DNA from: Hypanus sabinus
Taxonomy: Eukaryota
Assembly: GCF_030144855.1 (NCBI RefSeq)
Contig: NC_082707.1
Coordinates: forward strand, 13,702,001-13,766,000
Length of the DNA: 64,000 nucleotides
Reading direction: 5' to 3'
Shown: positions 50,305-62,719 of the stretch, piece by piece
Layout: the number at the start of each line of letters is the position of its first letter
How positions within the stretch are numbered: the stretch's first letter is position 1
Position numbers and translations under genes: made by a program
The notes under the pieces: generated by a model
What the model was told of the DNA's origin: nothing
Seen by the model: only the letters and a program-made list of their open reading frames with translations
Databases searched by the model: none

Positions 50305-52048
50305 ACTTCCTACAAAGCGAAACCCAATAGCATAAATGGCAGCGATGCTTCATTACCAGATTAATTCAATGCCTTCTATGTGCGCTTTGAAAGGGAGAAT
50401 ACTACTCCAGCTGTGAACTTCCCTGCTGCCCCTGATGACCCTGTGATCTCTGTCTCAGAGGCCGATGTTAAGCTGCTTTAAAGAGAGTGAACCCTCGCGA
50501 AGCGGAAGTTCCCGATGGACTACCTGTTAAATGTCTGAATACCTGTGCCAACCAACCTGCGGGAGTATTCAAGGACATTTTCAACCTCTCACTGCTACGG
50601 ATGTGAGTCCCCGCTTGCTTCAAAAAGGCAACAATTATACCAGTGCCTAAGAAGAATAATGTGAGCTGCCTAAATGACTATCACCCGCTTGCACTCACGT
50701 CGAGAATGATGAAATATTTTGAGAGGTTGCTTATGTCTAGACTGAATTCCTACCTCAGCAAGGACTTGGACCCGTTGCAATTTGCCTATCGCCACAATAG
50801 GTTAACGGCGGATGCAATCTCAATGGCTCTCCACAGGGCTTTGGACCACCTGGACAACACAAACTCCTATGTCAGGATGCTGTTCGTTGACTGTAGCTCA
50901 GAATGTAATACTATCATCCCTACAATCCTGATTGAGAAGTGGCAGAACCTGGGCCTCTTTAATTCCTTCTGCAATTAGATCCTCGACTTCCTAACCAGAA
51001 GACCACAATCTGTTTGGACTGGTGATAACATTTCCTCGTCGCTGACAATCAACATCGGTGCACCTCAGGGGTGTTGGCTTAGCCCACTATTCAATTCTCT
51101 ATGTACCCATGACTGTGTGGCTAGGCATAGCTCAAATACCACCTATAAATTTGCTGACGATACAACCATTGTTGGTAGGATCTCAGGTGTTGACAAGGGG
51201 GCGTACAGGAGTGTATTTTGCCAGCTAGTGGAGTGGTGCTACAGCAACAACTTGGAACTCAACATCAGTAAGACGAAAGAGCTGACTGTGCACTTCCGGA
51301 AGGGTAAGACGAAGGAACACATACCAATCTTCATAGAGGGATCAGAAATAGAGAAAGTAAGCAGTTTCAATTTCCTGAGTGTCAAGATCTCTGAGGATGT
51401 AACCGGGTCCAAACATATCGATGCAGTTATGGAGGAGACAAGACAGCGGCTATACTTTATTCGGAGCTTGAAGAGATTTGGTATGTCAACAAATACACTC
51501 AAAACATTCTATAGATATACCATGGAGAGTGCTCTGACAAGCTGCAGCACTGTCTGGAATGAGTGAGTACTGCAGAGGACGAAAGGAGCTGCACAGGATT
51601 GTAAATTTAGTAAGCTCCATCTTAGGTACTAGTCTACAAATTACCCAGGACATCTTCAGGAAGCGGTATCTCAGAAAGGCAGCATCCATTACAGGACCTC
51701 CAGCACCCAGGGCATGCCGTTTTCTCACTGTTACCATAAGGTAGAAGGTACAGAAATCTGAAGGCACAAACTCTGCGATTCAGAAACAGCTTTTTCCCCT
51801 CTGCCATTCGATTCCAAAACGGACATTGAACACTTGGACACTAACTCACTTTTTTAATATGTAGTATATCTATTTTGCACTATTTTAATCGATTCAATAT
51901 ACATATACTCTATAAAGTATACCGAATAAGAATTACTTACTTATTATTTACTTTTTCTTCTATACCATGTATTGCATTGAAATGTTGCTGCTATGTTAAC
52001 AAATTTCATGTCACACGCCGGTGATAATAAACCTGATTCTGATTCTGA
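50305..52048 (+). mobile_element. Rex1/Babar-type non-LTR retrotransposon, 5'-truncated (gene B intron 1)
   Basis: [58 protein letters not shown]. 3' end aataaacctgattctgattctga. Confidence 0.85.
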
Positions 52049-52654
52049 AATAGACCCTTAATCAACAATTGAATTTAAATGTAAACACGCCAGTCATAAT
52101 GGATCGGGATGGCAAACAAGAGGTTTTATTTTTCCTCGTTTAATTCGGATTGTTAGACCTAACACCAACTGGAGTCAATGCTCAGTATTTCAATGGGTAT
52201 TTCTCCCTTTATCCAGCCCTCTCGCTCACACATGTTTCTGCTGACACCTCTAGAGCTGCCGACAAGAGTTCTCTTATTTCTGTCTCTAGAACAGATGTTA
52301 ACAATAAGTCCAGATGTCCCGAGTTCTCATCTCATTTTTTGTTTTATATGACTCTGAGACAGCGCAATGTCCTCAAACAATGTCTGAGTCTCCTATGTTT
52401 GATCCAACAGGAGTTAACATATTATCAGTGAGCCATGACACCGTTGGTTTGAGGTCAAGCAACTGTCAGAATAGTGCGCTTTTTTCCTTTGAAGACAATG
52501 GTTGTGTTTTGCTAAATTATTGTTGATTCACTGTTAGAACTAGATATAATGGTGCCTTTTATTTCTAAGTTAACAACATCCAGGTTTCCGAATGTGAACA
52601 CATAATACACATTCGACAAACCATCTGAATCCGTAGTCATTGTCCAACTCACCT

Positions 52655-53161
52655 TCACAGCTGCTCATTAGCGCAAATATCTAATCAGCCAATGACTTGG
52701 CACCAATTCAATGCATAAACGCATGCAGACAGTGTTCAGCGGTTTAGTTTTTGTTCAAACCAAACATCAGAATGGGGAAAAATATGACAAAAGTGACTTT
52801 GCCAGTGGAATGACGATTGGTGTCAGATGGGGTGGTCTGAGTATACCAAAATCTGCTGATCTCCTGTTTCACGCACAACAGTCTATAGTTTACAGAAGAT
52901 GGTGCGATGAACAAAAAAAAAGAATTCTAGTGCGCGGCAGTTCTGTGCGAAGTTAGAGAGGAATGGCCAGTCTGGTTCAGGCTGACAGGAAGGCGAGAGT
53001 AATTCAGATAACCAATCGTTACGACAGTACTGCGCTGACGAGTATCTATGAACGCACAACCTGGAAGTGGAAGGGCTACCACATCAGAAGACCTCGAATA
53101 GTTACTCAGTGCCCACTTCATTCGGTACGGTTGTGCCTAATAATGTGGCCACTGAATGTAT
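52655..53161 (+). mobile_element. Tc1-like degenerate element (gene B intron 1)
   Basis: SDF.SGMTIGVRWGGLSI and MASLVQADRKARVIQITNRY..SIYERTT. Terminal inverted repeat cagtgcccactt..aatgtggccactg. Confidence 0.65.
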
Positions 53162-53378
53162 TAGTGACAGCATTAACATTAATAGGCAGAAACGTTCTTA
53201 TCCTCGCCGGTATCCCGCAAGGTAAGATGCTTGGTACAGATTTTCCCATGTGTATTTATCTCTTTAATCATTCAACAAGTAGGAAAACTACTCTGTAAAA
53301 TTTCATCGTAAGTTTCTTCTTGAAATAATAAAACAGGGAGATTAACCAAAGCTACAAGCGGTCATGTAATTAACTAAC

Positions 53379-53587
53379 CTTTTACATTTCGTTTCTTCTG
53401 GTCGTTTGGTGAATAAATTTATCCGCTGGAAACTGTTTAAGTGCACAGTAAACATCCCCCCAAGTACAACGTCACCATCCTTAGAAATGCTGGGCAGCTG
53501 GACTCTTTCCCGAAGCCTACAGTTTAGCGCATTAAAAATCAGTGGAAAGGCCGACGCAGCTAGGACTGCGAAAACAAACTGAAACAT
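53379..53587 (-). CDS. V2R gene B, exon 1
   Basis: 209 nt MFQFVFAVLAASAFPLIFNALNCRLRERVQLPSISKDGDVVLGGMF...KCK with donor GTTAGT. The six exons join to 2601 nt (866 aa). Confidence 0.92.
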
Positions 53588-53697
53588 TGTAGCAAAGATG
53601 GCGACCTTTGACTCAATACGACTTCAAATGCCGATTCCAAACACAAGTCCGACTTTAAATACGGAGGAAGATATTCTCAATGGGAATCTGTATCGGC

Positions 53698-53794
53698 TAT
53701 TAATTAACCAACATCCCGAGTGAATACAACTATTTTGTGACACTGACGTACATCGCATGCGCGAGTTGCTAAGCCATTTTTGCCGGAAGGCAAA
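53698..53794 (-). promoter_or_regulatory. Candidate promoter motifs of gene B (TAATTA, TCCCGAGTGA, GCCGGAAGGCAAA)
   Basis: Positional conservation with genes A and C. Confidence 0.4.
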
Positions 53795-54239
53795 TGCCGT
53801 GTTCCTAATTAAATAAAGCAAATAAAAACACATCACGATGCCTTTCCCCAACGAGGATGGCGCTTTCTTAAAATCGTTGATTCGAACTCAAAGATCCAGT
53901 GTAGATTCAGTCAAAATAAAATTTATTATCAAGCTGCTTATACCACTTCGAGATTAGTGTTTTGCACGCATTTACAGGAAAATAAATCAGTGCGATAGCA
54001 CTTATGAAAAACTGTACATAAACAAATACGAAGAAAAAGCATTTCAGGATGTATAGTGTTTGCATTTCTCAAATATTAAATGCACCTTTGAAACTTTTGA
54101 CTCTTTTGAACACCGACAAACTGTCAATCTGCAAAAGAAGACAAATTGTACAAATACGAACATGAGTAAGACTAAGATTATGAGTGTAGAAATTCGGACC
54201 ACGCTGGAGCTGGATGTCTTCCAGCTTTCAAATAGTGAG

Positions 54240-55347
54240 TAGAGCAGTGCTGTCGTTATCATCCCCAAGAAGGCACCTTGAGCGTATGCGCTGATTTCCA
54301 GAAGTTGAATGTCATTTCATTTCTTTATGCTTATCTTAGGAGACGCATTGATGACCTACTGGAAAGGATTAGACGGGTGGACTACGCTACTACACTGGAC
54401 TTTTGCCAAGGCTACCGGTCGGTTCCCCTGGATGACTAATTAAAACCCCTTAGTTCTTCTGCATACCTCTGGGCCCGTTCAGTTCACCATGATGCTCTTT
54501 GGTCTTGATGGTGCATCAGCCACCTTCCAGCGGCTCATGAACCGCGAGCTCCAAGGCTGTGAGGACGACAGGGTGGCCTACCTAGGTGGCGTGGTGTTCC
54601 ACAATCAGATGTGGTCAGATACCTGGACCATCCACCTAATGTCCTGGGGAATATTCATACTGTCTCACCGTCAATCTGCAAAATTGTGAGAGGGCAAAAA
54701 GGGCAACTAGGTATGCTGGCTACCAGCCGGGACATTAAGAGAGTTTCGAGTACTCACGGGCAAAGTGGAAGCGAACCGTAACAGTCATGGATGTCACAAG
54801 AAGGAAGTGAAGTCCTTCCTGGGTCCGGTAGTACCCTATCGCCGGCGCACTGTCCAGTTCGCCACTCTGGCCGCATCTCGGACTAATCATACTGGGAAGC
54901 TTGTAAGCAACCCTGTGACGTGGACAATTAGGTGGGTAAACAATTTTCATGCCCTTCAGCTGTGTTCTTCAGCTGTCCTTCTGTCTAGATGGGTGCCACG
55001 GGCGTATGTACTGAAGCAGTGCCTGCTCAAAGAGAACCTGGAGAAGAGCGACCAGTCCTTTACCTGAGCCGAAATCTCTTCCCAAGGGAGTCCAGCTGCT
55101 CTACCATTACAGAAGTGTGTCTGGCCACTGACGGCCGTTGACAGCCTCATTTGGCAGGGAGTTTGTCCTTTACACAGACCACAGAGGTCTGACATGGAGA
55201 CAGACAAAGAAGGACCGTAATCCCAGAGTGACGCGGTGGTACCTAGAGCTCCAAGTCCTCAGATTCTGTGCCCACCATAAAGCAGGAAAAGGAAATGTTA
55301 CTGCTGACTACCTACCTGCATGGTCACCGCAGGAGAAAGGGAGGTAA
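54240..55347 (+). mobile_element. Gypsy RT-RNaseH, degenerate, Gmr1-like (RNaseH directly followed by PPT/LTR)
   Basis: LDFCQGY; FGLDGASATFQRLMN; KKEVKSFLG; GREFVLYTDHRGLTW...NPRVTRWYLELQ...GKGNVTADYL; then aggagaaagggagg. Confidence 0.75.
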
Positions 55348-56129
55348 CGTGATGGACACCACTCCGTAAACACATTCACCCACACAGAAACACTGACTTG
55401 TCATTCTGCTGTCGTTGCGTTGAGTCTACGCACTTCATTGCCTTCCCCGGTATATTCTCATAGTTGACCCATTGGTTTCCCTCAGCATTCCTGCATGCGG
55501 TCAGAGTCAGACACCAAAGTGATTTCATTCGCTATTTGTACCTAACTGTAAGTGTGCGATTGAGCATTCTGCTGTTCTACGCTGTCATCTCCCGGAAGTT
55601 TCGTGGCTTCTGCTGGGTCTTAAACCGAGCTGATGCGCTCATGTTGGCTTTATAGTGCCTTTCCCACCAAACACAAAAAAAAATCTATTTCTCTCGTAAT
55701 GGGGATGTGCAAATGTGCATGTGTTGTTTGTATGTTGTATGCAATGTAGATACATCTATTTATATTGTAAACTGATCATAACTGCATTGTGGGTACATCA
55801 TATACTAACTCTTATGTAGTCTTAAGTAAACTTCGATGGCAACTTCGATGGTATGCCCTAGTGCCTAAAAAGGTGCTCTTCGCTCTCTGTATGAGAGAGA
55901 GAGAGAGATAGAAGCTGGCTGGAATTCACATTAGACAAGTGTGGAGCTATTATTTTGTTTTCCTATAGATACCATTTCGTAAATATTGCCATTTTCGTTT
56001 TCACTATTTTCACTAATTTTTATGTCTGATTTTCGACGCATCTGACATTGTCGACCCCTTTGCCTTGAAGTGCTAAGGATTACAGCCAGTTTTCCTTTGG
56101 TCATAACCCGCGATTCTAACTGTCCCCAA

Positions 56130-56420
56130 CTCAGCAGTAAACAGGATGACCAGGCGTGAATTGAGAGCTAGCGGTAACCCAAAATGAGAGGAATGTTAGG
56201 CGTGTGGACCACGAGGATTTGGATGAATTCGCAGTGCTCTCCAATGCTCATGTGTGCAGAGTGTGTGCGCGCTCTGACCATCCCAAACCCACAATGGACA
56301 TCCGTCAATGGCGGTGATGCCGTAGAGCTGATAAATAGCGTCGGTAGGGAGGTTAATCTGTACACACCGAGTCCGGTCCAAGGACTTGCCTGCTTAAAAT
56401 TCTGTGCGCGTAGAGTCTTT
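56130..56420 (-). mobile_element. Gypsy (sushi-like) protease-region fragment
   Basis: MSIGEHCEFIQILVVHTPNIPLILGY resembles the Ty3/gypsy PR C-terminal motif (ILG). Confidence 0.55.
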
Positions 56421-56781
56421 GAGGTTTGGAGGAGATGAAAAAAATTGATTTCTTCTGATTTTCTTCTAATTCCTTCTACATGATATTTCTTGATGAAAGC
56501 AAAGTCGTCTAAGTAGCCCAATTGTTTAATAAACGATGTCACGGGAAAACTACAGAGAAGTCCACTTGAGAGCTATATTAGAATCTATTGTCGAAAATGT
56601 TAGCATGAGATAATTCCACTCTCACTATCAGAAAACTTTAGTCTACTTAAAGAGAAACTAAGTTTGTTCTGAGTCCTGCATGCGGCTTTGTAAATAGCAT
56701 GTGCTAGAAAGACCAGAAAAAAAGGAGACAAAATAGTAGCGAAGGAAATACAACAGGATGGAGGACTTCAGATTGGTGGAT

Positions 56782-56865
56782 GAAGGGTCTGGGCCCGAAA
56801 TGTTGGCTGCTCTTTTCTCACGGATGCTGCCTGACCTGCTGAGTTCTTCCAGCGTTGTGTACGTA
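56782..56865 (+). mobile_element. Penelope-like micro-insertion with 15-bp TSD TTCAGATTGGTGGAT
   Basis: Exact repeat at 56767-56781 and 56866-56880. Insert gaagggtctgggcccgaaatgttggctg...gatgctgcctgacctgctgagttcttccagc. Confidence 0.75.
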
Positions 56866-56899
56866 TTCAGATTGGTGGATTGTTGGGCTTCCTTCCAAG

Positions 56900-58320
56900 G
56901 ACATTGAAACATTTACAGGCGCTTTGCATCGGAACTGCTGGGGTCTAATTTTCTTGCAGAAAGATTTGCTAGCAAAACTAGTAGCGTTAAACTACAATTG
57001 CAGGGGATGGGAACCTAAGTGCCCGGTTAGATAGTGGTTTTTAAGCCGACATACAAAGACAGGAATCGGAGGCTTCAGCATGATGATAATAATATCTTGA
57101 GCTACGTCTATTTCGATTCTGGGAGCAGTGTAAGCAAAGCGGATGAGCATAGAGTATGGATCAGTGCGTAGAACTCTGTCATTGTAACCAATAGTGAAAC
57201 TTGATTGCAGGAAGGGCAGGACTCGCGGTACAATGTTACAATATTCCACTGTTTTAGACTTGATAGAGCGGGAGTGATTAAAAAGTATGGGTGGTAGTTT
57301 TAGTTAGGGAAATGACACTGCAGTCCTCAGAAACGACAGATTTGAGAGCTTCTCTACCTAGGATATATGGATAAAGCTGAGGAATAAGAATAGACTTACT
57401 TCCTTTATAAATATATAGAGGACTCAACTGGAGACAGAACGATAATGGATCTCCCTTTTGGGAACAAGGCAAGTTAGGTGACAGAACCGTGTGTAAGGAA
57501 ACTCTTAGGACAAAGTGATCATAATTCCAGTAGTTCAAGATAATTTGTAGAAGTATAGATATGGTTTTCGGGTTGAGATTCGATATTGAAGAAAGGTTAG
57601 CTCCGTTGGCATCAGAAAGGATCAGCAAGTGTGAAATGGGACAGATCGTTTTCTAGCAAAGGTGTGTTCGTAAGTGGGAAGCTGTCAAAAGAGAAATTCT
57701 GAGAGTACAGAGTTTCTGTTTTCTTGTCAGAATGAAAAGCGATAGCGTGATTAGGGAACTTTGATTTTAGAGACTTTGAGGCCTTGGTTACGAAGAAGGT
57801 GCATAGCAGATACAGGCAACAGAGAAAAACTAGTACTTCAAGAACATCAGAAGCAAATCAAGAGTGCTAAAGAAGACATGAGGTTCCTCTAGCAAACAAA
57901 ATGAAGGAAACTCCCAAGGGTGTCTGCAGCTACATTAAGAGTAAAAGGGCAGCTAATTACAAAATGTGTCCTCTTAAAAACCAGAGGACATTGAGCTAAA
58001 GGAAATGGGAGATGGGCACAGAGTATATAACTGACGAAAAACGACAGAACGGTCATGGAATGTAGGCACATTGCAGAGGAAGAAATGGTGCTTGCTGTTT
58101 TGAGGTGAATTAGCATGGATAAATCCCCACGGCCTCAGACGTACTTGGAGGCTAGTGCAAAAGCTGCAGGGGTTAGGTCTTAGCAGAAATGTTTAAAACA
58201 TTCTTAGACACCGTTAAGGTGCCGGGATTAGAGGATAGCTAATGTTGATTTGTTGGTTTAGAAAGTCTCGACGCTGAAGAGCTTTACATCGGTACTGGGT
58301 TTTCGTAGGGACCGGATATA
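56900..58320 (+). mobile_element. Old CR1 ORF1-end/EN fragment
   Basis: Decayed homology to other CR1 copies in the window. Confidence 0.55.
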
Positions 58321-58329
58321 TGTATACTG

Positions 58330-58836
58330 AGATTGCCGATTGGCCAGTTATTTTAGTCCCAATTTCCATTCCTGTTCTGACACGTCTCTCCATGGCTTTC
58401 TGTTCTGCTAATATCAGGTTGAGGGAACAATACCTCATTCCGTACAGGTAGGATTCTACATGATGACATGAACAGCGATTTCCCCAATTTCAGGTAATTT
58501 TTCAAACTCCCCGTCCCCCTTCTTCAATTCCCCATCCTAACTTCGTATCTCTTCTCCTCACATGCCGATCACCACCCTCTGGTGCCCTTCCTCCCTTTCT
58601 CCCATGGCCCACTTTCTTATTCTGTCAGATTCCTTGCACTCCAGCCCTTTAGCTTTCTACTCATTACCTCCCAGCGTCTTACTTCATCCCTCTCCCCCAC
58701 CCCATGGCTTCAGCTGTCGTATTCTAGGTTGTCTTCCTCCGCCACTACCATCACCACCTACTTATTCTGGCATCTTCCCCTTTCCTTCCTAGTCCTGATG
58801 AAGGGCATCCGCCCAAAAAGTAGATTTTATCCATTT
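58330..58836 (+). mobile_element. Penelope-like element: GIY-YIG C-terminal remnant, pyrimidine tract and decayed hammerhead core
   Basis: ..ASYFSPNFHSCSDTSLHG..RLREQYLI..DMNSDF resembles the PLE endonuclease C-terminus. ctgatgaagggcatccgccc at about 58795. Confidence 0.6.
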
Positions 58837-59114
58837 NNNNNNNNNNNNNNNNNNNNNNNNNNNNNNNNNNNNNNNNNNNNNNNNNNNNNNNNNNNNNNNN
58901 NNNNNNNNNNNNNNNNNNNNNNNNNNNNNNNNNNNNNNNNNNNNNNNNNNNNNNNNNNNNNNNNNNNNNNNNNNNNNNNNNNNNNNNNNNNNNNNNNNNN
59001 NNNNNNNNNNNNNNNNNNNNNNNNNNNNNNNNNNNNNNNNNNNNNNNNNNNNNNNNNNNNNNNNNNNNNNNNNNNNNNNNNNNNNNNNNNNNNNNNNNNN
59101 NNNNNNNNNNNNNN
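58837..59114. other. Assembly gap (278 N)
   Basis: Run of n. Confidence 1.
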
Positions 59115-59839
59115 GGTGGGGGCGCCGGTGCGGACACACCCAGGCAAAGTCATTTGATCCAAGCAATCTATTTCCTTCCTTCTCCCTTCCCGTTTTCCCT
59201 ACCATGATTCCCCTCTCTCTTCCTCCTTCCTGCTGTTGTTTCGTATGGCAGCTGTTTTCCTCCTCAAACTACTAATTGGTTTTAGTCAAGCCACTCCTCC
59301 AGCTCGTGGTCACATCGATGGACCACGGCAAAGCCATCTCAGATCTTGCTGAGAGGGTATGGTGGAGAACCTCTCGGTTGGGGGACCACAGGGGCAATCT
59401 GGGTTTCGTCTGGCGCCCCATCGATGTAGTCTTTGCGCTGTTCTGTATGTCGACATCTGAGTCTATTACCGGCTGTTCAGCTTTTTTTTTTCAGGTAGCT
59501 GTAGTAAAGCCCGGGAGGAGCGGAGGTGCATTAGTTCAATTCAGTGTGTTCGTCATAGGAATCGGGGGTTTTCAAGTTGCAGAAAAGTTCTCAGGACTCC
59601 AGGACCTGAATCAAGACGTTGCCATCGTGTGGAGGTTTCCGTGCTTCAAGGACTCCAGGTGATGCCAACTCATGTTGGAACGGCCACCCGTGTTGGAACG
59701 GCTATGGACGAGAAGCCAGGCGATGTTTGATCTAATCCCGGCTCCCGAACGAACAGACGCGTCTGCCTCTCCCGGGCCACACTTCCTCACGAATCAAGCC
59801 CTTCCTACTCTCAGACCACAAGAGAGACCCATGTCAGAA

Positions 59840-62620
59840 TCATAAGACCATAAAACCAGAAGATATATAGAGTGGAATTAAGTAATTTGGCCCATCGAGC
59901 CTACTGCGACATTTAATAATGGCTGATCCTTTATTACCCTCCTCAGCCCCACTCTCCGGCCTTCTCCCTGTCCAATCAAGAACATATCAAGCTCTATCTT
60001 ACTTACACCCAACGACCTGGCCCCCATAGCTCCTGTAGTAATAAATTCCACAACTTTTTTCAGTATCTCCACTAAAGAAATTGCTCGACATCTCTAATTT
60101 AAATGGACGCCCCTTGTCCTGGACTCCCCTTCCATGGGATAAATCCTTTCGGCATTTATTCTGTCCAGGCCTTTCAATATTCGAAAGGTTTCAATGAAAT
60201 TCACCCCCCACCACCACCACCACCACCACCCCCATCCTTCTAAATTCCAGCGAGTACAAACCCCAAGCTATCAAACGTTCCTCAGTTGATAACTCTTTCA
60301 TTCCCGGAATCTTCCTTGTGAACCCCCTCTGAACCTTCTCCAAAGCCAGCACATCTTTTCTTAGATGAGAAGCCCAGAAATGTTCACAATACACAACATA
60401 AGGCGTCACCAGTGTCTTATAAAACCTCTGCATCACATTCTTGCTCTTCTAGACCACTTGAAATGAATGCGTATTCTGCACAAGGACACCTAAGTGACTT
60501 TGCACCTCAGCTGTTTGGATTTCCTCCCCGTTTAGAAAGTAGTCTGCACATTTTTTCTTCTACCAAACTGCATGGCCATCCATTATCCAACATTGTATTT
60601 CATTTGCCACTTTCCTGCACATCCTCCTAATCTGTCTAAATCTTGTTGCAGCCTTCCTGTTTCCTCAACACTATCTGTCCCTCTAACAACCTTCGTATCA
60701 GCTGCAAGGATGGCAACAAAGCCATTATTATCTATATCATTGATAAACAGCATAAAAAGAACAAGTCCCAACGCCAACCCCTGCGGTACACAAATGGTCA
60801 CGAGCAGCCAACCAGAAAAAGATCCTTTTATTCCCACTCACTGCATACTACCAATCAGCCAATACTCTAACTGTGCCAGTGACTTTCCTGTAATATCATA
60901 GTCTTTTAGCTTGATAAACAGCCTCATATGTAGTATCTTAGCAAAGGTCTTCGATATCTATTCGATATCTACTGCATCCCCTTTATCTATTCTATTTGTA
61001 ATCTCCTCAAAGAATTCCAACATGCTCTTCAGGTAAGATTCTCCCTGATGGAAACCATGCTGATTTGTCCCATCTTGTACTGTGTCACCAATTACTCCAT
61101 GACTTCATACTTAATAATGGACTCCAACATCTTCCCAACCAATGAACTCAGGTTAACTGGTCTATAATGTCCTTTCGGCTGCCTTCCTCCTTTCTTAAAG
61201 AGATTTCCAATTTTCCAGAACTTGGCACTATGCCAGAGTCCAATGATTTTTGAAAGATCATTACTGATGCCTCCACAATCTCTAACGCTACTTCTTTCAG
61301 AACCCACGGTCTTCCACAGGTCTTCCAGCTTTTTGAGCACCTTCTCCCTTGTAATAGTAACTGCATTCACTTCTCTTCCTCCGCACCCTTCAACACCGGG
61401 CTCACTGCTAGCGTCTTCTACAGTAAAGACTGATACAAAGTACTCATTGGGTTCATTTGCCATGTCCATGTCCCCCGTTATTATTTCTATAGCTTCGTTT
61501 TCTATACGTCCTGTATCCACTCTCAACTCTCTTTTAATTTTTTTACGTACTTGAAAAAGCTTTTACTGTCCACTTTGATGTTGTTTGCTAGTTTGCTTTT
61601 ATATTTGCCCTCCTAATGATTAATTTAGTTTCTCTCTGCAGGTTTTAAAAGCTTCCCAATCCTCTGTCTTTCCACTAATTTTTGGGCTCTTCTATACCCT
61701 TTCTTTTTCTTTTACATTAGCCTTGACTTTCCTTGTCAGCCACAGTTGTACTATTTTGCCATTTGAGCATTTCTTTGTTTTTGGAATACATCTATCCTGA
61801 AACTTCCTCATTTTTCCCAAAAACTCACACCATTGCTGTTGTGCTGTCATCTCTGCAAGCATACCTTCCAATTTTCTGTGGCCAACTGCTCTCTCATACT
61901 GCTATAATTTCCTTTACTCCACTGAAATAATGCTACTTTCTCCCTATCAGAATTCAAATTAAATTCGATCATATTGTGATCAGTGCTTCCGAAGGGTTCT
62001 TTTACCTTAAGCTCCTTAATCACCTCCAGTTCCTTACAACACACCCTGTCCAGTATAGCTTATCCCCTAGTAGGCTCAACAACTAACTGCTCTAAAAAGC
62101 CATCTCATGCGCATTCAACAAACTCACACTCTTGAAATCCATTACCAACCTGATTTTCCCAATTGACCTGCAAGTTCAAGTCTCCTATGACTATTATAAC
62201 ATTGCCCTTTTGACAAGCCTTTTCTATTTCCCGTTGTAATCTGTGGTTCCACATCCCAGCTACTATTGGGAAGCCTATATATAACTGCCATCAGGGTCCT
62301 TTATCCTGGCATTTTCTTAACTCAACCCAAAAGGATGCAAACTTTCTGCCGATTTGATCACATTCTTTAACTGCAGAGCCATGCTACCTCCTCTGCCTGC
62401 CTTCCCATCCCTCTGATACATCCCTCTGTAAACTTGGGCATTCAGCACCCAACCACAACAACTGTAGGCCACATTTGATGGTCACAACATCATACCTGAC
62501 AATCTGCAATAGTGCAACAAGATCATCCACTTTATTTCTTACACTCCGTGCATTGAGATATAACACTGTATTCGCCTGCTGTTCCTGACAGTATGACACT
62601 ATTTTTTTGCTTTTTTAGCA
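59840..62620 (-). mobile_element. CR1 LINE, ORF2 EN-RT-tail, degenerate
   Basis: VLYLNARSVRNKVDDL; YRPVNLSSLVGKMLESII; VPQGLALGLVLF; LEKVQRGFTRKIPG. Tail near 59840. Confidence 0.88.
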
Positions 62621-62719
62621 TGGATCCTATCTTGCGTCCCTTTACCCTCGTTCCCAGCCCCTGCCAAATTAGGTTACACCTCCCCAATAGCTCTAACAAA
62701 CATGCCTGCGTGATAGTCC

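Noticed and set aside
58582-59205. Long ORFs spanning the N run
   Set aside because: Artefacts of the assembly gap.
59230-59830. 128-aa ORF 59276-59662 as a gene
   Set aside because: No recognisable domain or splice context. The region looks like an unclassified LTR-type repeat with a short internal duplication (tgttggaacggc x2).
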